DNA from: Eledone cirrhosa
Taxonomy: Eukaryota
Assembly (NCBI GenBank): GCA_964016885.1
Contig: OZ024745.1
Coordinates: 109,492,001-109,556,000 of the forward strand
Reading direction: 5' to 3'
Length of the DNA: 64,000 nt
Shown here: positions 54,501-64,000 of the stretch, piece by piece
Layout of the letters: every line of letters starts with the position of its first letter
How positions within the stretch are numbered: position 1 is the stretch's first letter
Made by a program: the position numbers and the translations under genes
The notes under the pieces: generated by a model
Databases searched by the model: none
Seen by the model: only the letters and a program-made list of their open reading frames with translations
What the model was told of the DNA's origin: nothing

Positions 54501-57500
54501 GGTGGTGGCAGTGGTGGTGGTGACAGTGGTGGTGGTGGCAGTGGTGGTGGCAGTGGTGGTGGTGACAGTGGTGGTGGTGGCAGTGGTGGTGGTGACAGTG
54601 AAGGTGGTGACAGTGGTGGTGGTGGCAGTGGTGGTGGTGACAGTGGTGGTGGTGGCAGTGGTGGTGGTGGCAGTGGTGGTGGTGACAGTGAAGGTGGTGA
54701 CAGTGGTGGTGGTGGCAGTGGTGGTGGTGACAGTGGTGGTGGTGACAGTGGTGGTGGTGACAGTGGTGGTGGTGGCAGTGGTGGTGGTGACAGTGGTGGT
54801 GGTGACAGTGGTGGTGGTGACAGTGGTGGTGGTGACAGTGGTGGTGGTGGCAGTGGTGGTGGTGACAGTGAAGGTGGTGGCAGTGGTGGTGGTGACAGTG
54901 AAGGTGGTGGCAGTGGTGGTGGTGGCAGTGGTGGTTGTGGCAGTGGTGGTGGTGACAGTGGTGGTGGTGACAGTGGTGGTGGTGACAGTGGTGGTGGTGA
55001 CAGTGGTGGTGGTGGCAGTGGTGGTGGTGACAGTGGTGGTGGTGACAGTGGTGGTGGTGACAGTGGTGGTGGTGACAGTGAAGGTGGTGGCAGTGGTGGT
55101 GGTGACAGTGAAGGTGGTGGCAGTGGTGGTGTTGACAGTGGTGGTGGTGGCAGTGGTGGTTGTGGCAGTGGTGGTGGTGACAGTGGTGGTGGTGACATTG
55201 TTGGTGGTGGCAGTGGTGGTGGTGACAGTGGTGGTGGTGGCAGTGGTGGTGGTGGCAGTGGTGGTGGTGGCAGTGGTGGTGGTGGCAGTGGTGGTTGTGG
55301 CAGTGGTGGTGGTGACAGTGGTGGTTGTGACAGTGAAGGTGGTGGCAGTGGTGGTGGTGACAGTGGTGGTGGTGACAGTGGTGGTGGTGACAGTGGTGGT
55401 GGTGGCAGTGGTGGTGGTGACAGTGGTGGTGGCGGCAGTGGTGGTGGTGGCAGTGGTGGTGGTGACAGTGGTGGTGGTGACAGTGGTGGTGGTGGCAGTG
55501 GTGGTGGTGACAGTGGTGGTGGTGACAGTGGTGGTGGTGACAGTGGTGGTGGTGGCAATGGTGGTGGTGACAGTGAAGGTGGTGGCAGTGGTGGTGGTGA
55601 CAGTGAAGGTGGTGGCAGTGGTGGTGGTGACAGTGGTGGTGGTGGCAGTGGTGGTGGTGGCAGTGGTGGTGGTGGCAGTGGTGGTGGTGGCAGTGGTGGT
55701 GGTGGCAGTGGTGGTGGTGGCAGTGGTGGTGGTGGCAGTGGTGGTGGCAGTGGTGGTGGTGACAGTGGTGGTGGTGGCAGTGGTGGTGGTGACAGTGAAG
55801 GTGGTGACAGTGGTGGTGGTGGCAGTGGTGGTGGTGGCAGTGGTGGTGGTGGCAGTGGTGGTGGTGACAGTGGTGGTGGTGGCAGTGGTGGTAGCAGTGG
55901 TGGTGGTGACAGTGGTGGTGGTGGCAGTGGTGGTGGTGACAGTGAAGGTGGTGACAGTGGTGGTGGTGGCAGTGGTGGTGGTGACAGTGGTGGTGGTGGC
56001 AGTGGTGGTGGTGGCAGTGGTGGTGGTGACAGTGAAGGTGGTGACAGTGGTGGTGGTGGCAGTGGTGGTGGTGACAGTGGTGGTGGTGACAGTGGTGGTG
56101 GTGACAGTGGTGGTGGTGGCAGTGGTGGTGGTGACAGTGGTGGTGGTGACAGTGGTGGTGGTGACAGTGGTGGTGGTGACAGTGGTGGTGGTGGCAGTGG
56201 TGGTGGTGACAGTGAAGGTGGTGGCAGTGGTGGTGGTGACAGTGAAGGTGGTGGCAGTGGTGGTGGTGACAGTGGTGGTGGTGACAGTGGTGGTGGTGAC
56301 AGTGGTGGTGGTGACAGTGGTGGTGGTGGCAGTGGTGGTTGTGGCAGTGGTGGTGGTGACAGTGGTGGTGGTGACAGTGAAGGTGGTGGCAGTGGTGGTG
56401 GTGACAGTGGTGGTGGTGGCAGTGAAGGTGGTGACAGTGGTGGTGGTGGCAGTGGTGGTGGTGGTGGTGGCAGTGGTGGTGGTGGCAGTGGTGGTTGTGA
56501 CAGTGAAGGTGGTGACAGTGGTGGTGGTGGCAGTGGTGGTGGTGACAGTGGTGGTGGTGACAGTGGTGGTGGTGGCAGTGGTGGTGGTGACAGTGGTGGT
56601 GACAGTGGTGGTGGTGACAGTGGTGGTGGTGGCAGTGGTGGTGGTGACAGTGGTGGTGGCAGCAGTGGTGGTGGTGACAGTGGTGGTGGTGACAGTGGTG
56701 GTGGTGACAGTGGTGGTGGTGACAGTGGTGGTGGTGGCAGTGGTGGTGGTGACAGTGGTGGTGGTGACAGTGGTGGTGGTGGCAGTGGTGGTGGTGACAG
56801 TGGTGGTGGTGGCAGTGGTGGTGGTGACAGTGGTGGTGGCAGCAGTGGTGGTGGTGACAGTGGTGGTGGTGACAGTGGTGGTGGTGACAGTGGTGGTGGT
56901 GACAGTGGTGGTGGTGGCAGTGGTGGTGGTGACAGTGGTGGTGACAGTGGTGGTGGTGACAGTGAAGGTGGTGGCAGTGGTGGTGGTGACAGTGGTGGTG
57001 GTGGCAGTGAAGGTGGTGACAGTGGTGGTGGTGGCAGTGGTGGTGGTGGTGGTGACAGTGGTGGTGACAGTGGTGGTGGTGACAGTGGTGGTGACAGTGG
57101 TGGTGGAGACAGTGGTGGTGACAGTGGTGGTGGAGACAGTGGTGGTGACAGTGGTGGTGGAGACAGTGGTGGTGACAGTGGTGGTGGTGGCAGTGGTGGT
57201 GGTGACAGTGGTGGTGGTGACAGTGGTGGTGGTGACAGTGAAGATGGTGGCAGTGGTGGTGGTGACAGTGATGGTGGTGGCAGTGGTGGTGGTGACAGTG
57301 GTGGTGGTGGCAGTGGTGGTGGTGACAGTGGTGGTGGTGGCAGTGGTCGTGGTGACAGTGGTGGTGGTGACAGTGGTGGTGGTGGCAGTGAAGGTGGTGA
57401 CAGTGGTGGTGGTGGCAGTGGTGGTGGTGACAGTGGTGGTGGCGGCAGTGGTGGTGGTGGCAGTGGTGGTGGTGACAGTGGTGGTGGTGACAGTGGTGGT

Positions 57501-60500
57501 GGTGGCAGTGGTGGTGGTGACAGTGGTGGTGGTGACAGTGGTGGTGGTGACAGTGGTGGTGGTGACAGTGAAGGTGGTGGCAGTGGTGGTGGTGACAGTG
57601 AAGGTGGTGGCAGTGGTGGTGGTGACAGTGGTGGTGGTGGCAGTGGTGGTGGTGACAGTGGTGGTGGTGACAGTGGTGGTGGTGACAGTGGTGGTGGTGA
57701 CAGTGAAGGTGGTGGCAGTGGTGGTGGTGACAGTGAAGGTGGTGGCAGTGGTGGTGGTGACAGTGGTGGTGGTGGCAGTGGTGGTTGTGGCAGTGGTGGT
57801 GGTGACAGTGGTGGTGGTGACAGTGAAGGTGGTGGCAGTGGTGGTGGTGACAGTGGTGGTGGTGGCAGTGAAGGTGGTGACAGTGGTGGTGGTGGCAGTG
57901 GTGGTGGTGGCAGTGGTGGTGGTGACAGTGAAGGTGGTGGCAGTGGTGGTGGTGACAGTGGTGGTGGTGACAGTGGTGGTGGTGACAGTGGTGGTGGTGA
58001 CAGTGGTGGTGACAATGGTGGTGGTGGCAGTGAAGGTGGTGACAGTGGTGGTGGTGGCAGTGGTGGTGGTGGCAGTGGTGGTGGTGGCAGTGGTGGTGGT
58101 GACAGTGGTGGTGGTGGCAGTGGTGGTGGTGACAGTGGTGGTGGTGACAGTGGTGGTGGTGACAGTGGTGGTGGTGACAGTGGTGGAGACAGTGGTGGTG
58201 GTGGCAGTGGTGGTGGTGACAGTGGTGGTGATGGCAGTGGTGGTGGTGACAGTGGTGGTGGTGACAGTGGTGGTGGTGGCAGTGGTGGTGGTGACAGTGG
58301 TGGTGGTGGCAGTGGTGGTGGTGACAGTGGTGGTGGTGACAGTGGTGGTGGTGACAGTGGTGGTGGTGACAGTGGTGGTGGTGACAGTGGTGGTGGTGAC
58401 AGTGATGGTGGTGGCAGTGGTGGTGGTGACAGTGGTGGTGGTGACAGTGTTGGTGGTGACAGTGGTGGTGGTGGCAGTGGTGGTGGTGACAGTGGTGGTG
58501 GTGGCAGTGGTGGTGGTGGCAGTGGTGGTGGTGACAGTGGTGGTGGTGACAGTGGTGGTGGTGACAGTGGTGGTGGTGGCAGTGGTGGTGGTGACAGTGG
58601 TGGTGGTGGCAGTGGTGGTGGTGACAGTGGTGGTGGTGGCAGTGGTGGTGGTGGCAGTGGTGGTGGTGGCAGTGGTGGTGGTGACAGTGGTGGTGGTGAC
58701 AGTGGTGGTGGTGGCAGTGGTGGTGGTGACAGTGGTGGTGGTGGCAGTGGTGGTGGCGACAGTGGTGGTGGCGGCAGTGGTGGTGGTGGCAGTGGTGGTG
58801 GTGACAGTGGTGGTGGTGACAGTGGTGGTGGTGACAGTGGTGGTGGTGGCAGTGGTGGTGGTGACAGTGGTGGTGGTGGCAGTGGTGGTGGTGACAGTGG
58901 TGGTGGTGACAGTGGTGGTGGTGACAGTGGTGGTGGTGACAGTGGTGGTGGTGGCAGTGGTGGTGGTGGCAGTGGTGGTGGTGGCAGTGGTGGTGGTGAC
59001 AGTGGTGGTGGTGACAGTGGTGGTGGTGACAGTGGTGGTGGTGACAGTGGTGGTTGTGACAGTGATGGTGGTGGCAGTGGTGGTGGTGACAGTGGTGGTG
59101 GTGACAGTGGTGGTGGTGACAGTAGTCGTGGTGACAGTGGTGGTGGTGGCAGTGGTGGTGGTGGCAGTGGTGGTGGTGACAGTGGTGGTGGTGACAGTGG
59201 TGGTGGAGACAGTGGTGGTGGTGACAGTGGTGGTGGTGACAGTGATGGTGGTGGCAGTGGTGGTGGTGACAGTGGTGGTGGTGGCAGTGGTGGTGGTGAC
59301 AGTGGTGGTGGTGGCAGTGGTCGTGGTGACAGTGGTGGTGGTGACAGTGGTGGTGGTGGCAGTGAAGGTGGTGACAGTGGTGGTGGTGGCAGTGGTGGTG
59401 GTGACAGTGGTGGTGGTGACAGTGAAGGTGGTGGCAGTGGTGGTGGTGACAGTGAAGGTGGTGGCAGTGGTGGTGGTGACAGTGGTGGTGGTGACAGTGG
59501 TGGTGGTGACAGTGGTGGTGGTGGCAGTGGTGGTGGTGACAGTGGTGGTGGTGACAGTGAAGGTGGTGGCAGTGGTGGTGGTGACAGTGAAGGTGGTGGC
59601 AGTGGTGGTGGTGACAGTGGTGGTGGTGGCAGTGGTGGTTGTGGCAGTGGTGGTGGTGACAGTGGTGGTGGTGACAGTGAAGGTGGTGGCAGTGGTGGTG
59701 GTGACAGTGGTGGTGGTGACAGTGGTGGTGGTGACAGTGGTGGTGGTGGCAGTGGTGGTGGTGACAGTGGTGGTGGCGGCAGTGTTGGTGGTGGCAGTGG
59801 TGGTGGTGACAGTGGTGGTGGTGACAGTGGTGGTGGTGGCAGTGGTGGTGGTGACAGTGGTGGTGGTGACAGTGGTGGTGGTGACAGTGGTGGTGGTGGC
59901 AATGGTGGTGGTGACAGTGAAGGTGGTGGCAGTGGTGGTGGTGACAGTGAAGGTGGTGGCAGTGGTGGTGGTGACAGTGGTGGTGGTGGCAGTGGTGGTT
60001 GTGGCAGTGGTGGTGGTGACAGTGGTGGTGGTGACAGTGAAGGTGGTGGCAGTGGTGGTGGTGACAGTGGTGGTGGTGGCAGTGGTGGTGGTGGCAGTGG
60101 TGGTGGTGGCAGTGGTGGTGGCAGTGGTGGTGGTGGCAGTGGTGGTGGTGGCAGTGGTGGTGGTGGCAGTGGTGGTGGTGGCAGTGGTGGTGGCAGTGGT
60201 GGTGGTGACAGTGGTGGTGGTGGCAGTGGTGGTGGTGGCAATGGTGGTGGTGACAGTGAAGGTGGTGGCAGTGGTGGTGGTGACAGTGAAGGTGGTGGCA
60301 GTGGTGGTGGTGACAGTGGTGGTGGTGGCAGTGGTGGTGGTGGCAGTGGTGGTGGTGGCAGTGGTGGTGGTGACAGTGGTGGTGGTGGCAGTGGTGGTGG
60401 CAGTGGTGGTGGTGACAGTGGTGGTGGTGGCAGTGGTGGTGGTGACAGTGAAGGTGGTGACAGTGGTGGTGGTGGCAGTGGTGGTGGTGACAGTGGTGGT

Positions 60501-63500
60501 GGTGGCAGTGGTGGTGGTGGCAGTGGTGGTGGTGACAGTGAAGGTGGTGACAGTGGTGGTGGTGGCAGTGGTGGTGGTGACAGTGGTGGTGGTGACAGTG
60601 GTGGTGGTGACAGTGGTGGTGGTGGCAGTGGTGGTGGTGACAGTGGTGGTGGTGACAGTGGTGGTGGTGACAGTGGTGGTGGTGACAGTGGTGGTGGTGG
60701 CAGTGGTGGTGGTGACAGTGAAGGTGGTGGCAGTGGTGGTGGTGACAGTGAAGGTGGTGGCAGTGGTGGTGGTGGCAGTGGTGGTTGTGGCAGTGGTGGT
60801 GGTGACAGTGGTGGTGGTGACAGTGGTGGTGGTGACAGTGGTGGTGGTGACAGTGGTGGTGGTGGCAGTGGTGGTGGTGACAGTGGTGGTGGTGACAGTG
60901 GTGGTGGTGACAGTGGTGGTGGTGACAGTGAAGGTGGTGGCAGTGGTGGTGGTGACAGTGAAGGTGGTGGCAGTGGTGGTGTTGACAGTGGTGGTGGTGG
61001 CAGTGGTGGTTGTGGCAGTGGTGGTGGTGACAGTGGTGGTGGTGACATTGTTGGTGGTGGCAGTGGTGGTGGTGACAGTGGTGGTGGTGGCAGTGGTGGT
61101 GGTGGCAGTGGTGGTGGTGGCAGTGGTGGTGGTGGCAGTGGTGGTTGTGGCAGTGGTGGTGGTGACAGTGGTGGTTGTGACAGTGAAGGTGGTGGCAGTG
61201 GTGGTGGTGACAGTGGTGGTGGTGACAGTGGTGGTGGTGACAGTGGTGGTGGTGGCAGTGGTGGTGGTGACAGTGGTGGTGGCGGCAGTGGTGGTGGTGG
61301 CAGTGGTGGTGGTGACAGTGGTGGTGGTGACAGTGGTGGTGGTGGCAGTGGTGGTGGTGACAGTGGTGGTGGTGACAGTGGTGGTGGTGACAGTGGTGGT
61401 GGTGGCAATGGTGGTGGTGACAGTGAAGGTGGTGGCAGTGGTGGTGGTGACAGTGAAGGTGGTGGCAGTGGTGGTGGTGACAGTGGTGGTGGTGGCAGTG
61501 GTGGTGGTGGCAGTGGTGGTGGTGGCAGTGGTGGTGGTGGCAGTGGTGGTGGTGGCAGTGGTGGTGGTGGCAGTGGTGGTGGTGGCAGTGGTGGTGGCAG
61601 TGGTGGTGGTGACAGTGGTGGTGGTGGCAGTGGTGGTGGTGACAGTGAAGGTGGTGACAGTGGTGGTGGTGGCAGTGGTGGTGGTGGCAGTGGTGGTGGT
61701 GGCAGTGGTGGTGGTGACAGTGGTGGTGGTGGCAGTGGTGGTAGCAGTGGTGGTGGTGACAGTGGTGGTGGTGGCAGTGGTGGTGGTGACAGTGAAGGTG
61801 GTGACAGTGGTGGTGGTGGCAGTGGTGGTGGTGACAGTGGTGGTGGTGGCAGTGGTGGTGGTGGCAGTGGTGGTGGTGACAGTGAAGGTGGTGACAGTGG
61901 TGGTGGTGGCAGTGGTGGTGGTGACAGTGGTGGTGGTGACAGTGGTGGTGGTGACAGTGGTGGTGGTGGCAGTGGTGGTGGTGACAGTGGTGGTGGTGAC
62001 AGTGGTGGTGGTGACAGTGGTGGTGGTGACAGTGGTGGTGGTGGCAGTGGTGGTGGTGACAGTGAAGGTGGTGGCAGTGGTGGTGGTGACAGTGAAGGTG
62101 GTGGCAGTGGTGGTGGTGACAGTGGTGGTGGTGACAGTGGTGGTGGTGACAGTGGTGGTGGTGACAGTGGTGGTGGTGGCAGTGGTGGTTGTGGCAGTGG
62201 TGGTGGTGACAGTGGTGGTGGTGACAGTGAAGGTGGTGGCAGTGGTGGTGGTGACAGTGGTGGTGGTGGCAGTGAAGGTGGTGACAGTGGTGGTGGTGGC
62301 AGTGGTGGTGGTGGTGGTGGCAGTGGTGGTGGTGGCAGTGGTGGTTGTGACAGTGAAGGTGGTGACAGTGGTGGTGGTGGCAGTGGTGGTGGTGACAGTG
62401 GTGGTGGTGACAGTGGTGGTGGTGGCAGTGGTGGTGGTGACAGTGGTGGTGACAGTGGTGGTGGTGACAGTGGTGGTGGTGGCAGTGGTGGTGGTGACAG
62501 TGGTGGTGGCAGCAGTGGTGGTGGTGACAGTGGTGGTGGTGACAGTGGTGGTGGTGACAGTGGTGGTGGTGACAGTGGTGGTGGTGGCAGTGGTGGTGGT
62601 GACAGTGGTGGTGGTGACAGTGGTGGTGGTGGCAGTGGTGGTGGTGACAGTGGTGGTGGTGGCAGTGGTGGTGGTGACAGTGGTGGTGGCAGCAGTGGTG
62701 GTGGTGACAGTGGTGGTGGTGACAGTGGTGGTGGTGACAGTGGTGGTGGTGACAGTGGTGGTGGTGGCAGTGGTGGTGGTGACAGTGGTGGTGACAGTGG
62801 TGGTGGTGACAGTGAAGGTGGTGGCAGTGGTGGTGGTGACAGTGGTGGTGGTGGCAGTGAAGGTGGTGACAGTGGTGGTGGTGGCAGTGGTGGTGGTGGT
62901 GGTGACAGTGGTGGTGACAGTGGTGGTGGTGACAGTGGTGGTGACAGTGGTGGTGGAGACAGTGGTGGTGACAGTGGTGGTGGAGACAGTGGTGGTGACA
63001 GTGGTGGTGGAGACAGTGGTGGTGACAGTGGTGGTGGTGGCAGTGGTGGTGGTGACAGTGGTGGTGGTGACAGTGGTGGTGGTGACAGTGAAGATGGTGG
63101 CAGTGGTGGTGGTGACAGTGATGGTGGTGGCAGTGGTGGTGGTGACAGTGGTGGTGGTGGCAGTGGTGGTGGTGACAGTGGTGGTGGTGGCAGTGGTCGT
63201 GGTGACAGTGGTGGTGGTGACAGTGGTGGTGGTGGCAGTGAAGGTGGTGACAGTGGTGGTGGTGGCAGTGGTGGTGGTGACAGTGGTGGTGGCGGCAGTG
63301 GTGGTGGTGGCAGTGGTGGTGGTGACAGTGGTGGTGGTGACAGTGGTGGTGGTGGCAGTGGTGGTGGTGACAGTGGTGGTGGTGACAGTGGTGGTGGTGA
63401 CAGTGGTGGTGGTGACAGTGAAGGTGGTGGCAGTGGTGGTGGTGACAGTGAAGGTGGTGGCAGTGGTGGTGGTGACAGTGGTGGTGGTGGCAGTGGTGGT

Positions 63501-64000
63501 GGTGACAGTGGTGGTGGTGACAGTGGTGGTGGTGACAGTGGTGGTGGTGACAGTGAAGGTGGTGGCAGTGGTGGTGGTGACAGTGAAGGTGGTGGCAGTG
63601 GTGGTGGTGACAGTGGTGGTGGTGGCAGTGGTGGTTGTGGCAGTGGTGGTGGTGACAGTGGTGGTGGTGACAGTGAAGGTGGTGGCAGTGGTGGTGGTGA
63701 CAGTGGTGGTGGTGGCAGTGAAGGTGGTGACAGTGGTGGTGGTGGCAGTGGTGGTGGTGGCAGTGGTGGTGGTGACAGTGAAGGTGGTGGCAGTGGTGGT
63801 GGTGACAGTGGTGGTGGTGACAGTGGTGGTGGTGACAGTGGTGGTGGTGACAGTGGTGGTGACAATGGTGGTGGTGGCAGTGAAGGTGGTGACAGTGGTG
63901 GTGGTGGCAGTGGTGGTGGTGGCAGTGGTGGTGGTGGCAGTGGTGGTGGTGACAGTGGTGGTGGTGGCAGTGGTGGTGGTGACAGTGGTGGTGGTGACAG
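42545..64000. repeat. >21-kb minisatellite, unit G(A/G)CAGT(GGT)3 (15 bp; 12/18-bp variants), with higher-order duplications; runs off the window end
   Basis: Continuous array with no interspersed elements; rare variants recur at exactly +5850 bp. Confidence 0.98.

Noticed and set aside
42518-63865. 7115-aa extensin/formin-FH1-like CDS
   Set aside because: Not called as a CDS: the start is a TTG repeat variant, there is no non-repetitive domain, and openness is expected from the unit. Kept only as a hypothesis.
43206-64000. Synthetic (GGGGS)n linker or vector contamination
   Set aside because: 21 kb long with natural variant layering, and contiguous with genomic microsatellites.
42545-64000. 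Telomeric array
   Set aside because: No TTAGGG units; the unit is variable with higher-order structure, unlike a telomerase product.
43206-64000. Apparent excess of variants synonymous in the Pro/Leu frame
   Set aside because: By eye, non-synonymous variant types are at least as numerous, and Pro/Leu/Ser codons are highly degenerate; not distinguishable from neutral without computation.

Overview
AT-rich, repeat-saturated animal genomic DNA, most likely an octopus/coleoid cephalopod. This is inferred from the SINE/LINE repertoire and extreme (TA)n/(TACA)n/(GA)n microsatellite load. No host protein-coding gene can be called with confidence; nearly all long ORFs in the track are microsatellite translations. 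Bases 1-42.5 kb hold two tRNA-derived SINE families (about 20 copies of one are packed into 33-39.4 kb), 3' fragments of RTE, RTE-X, CR1 and Tx1-type LINEs, TTAA/piggyBac-type, mariner-type and hAT-type MITEs, and several minisatellites. Bases 42.5-64 kb are one >21 kb 15-bp minisatellite with a near-identical 5,850-bp higher-order duplication. The best-supported hidden signal is a set of type I hammerhead ribozyme motifs at 11.2, 11.5 and 14.7-15.2 kb, inside short inverted Penelope-like repeats embedded in (TA)n tracts.
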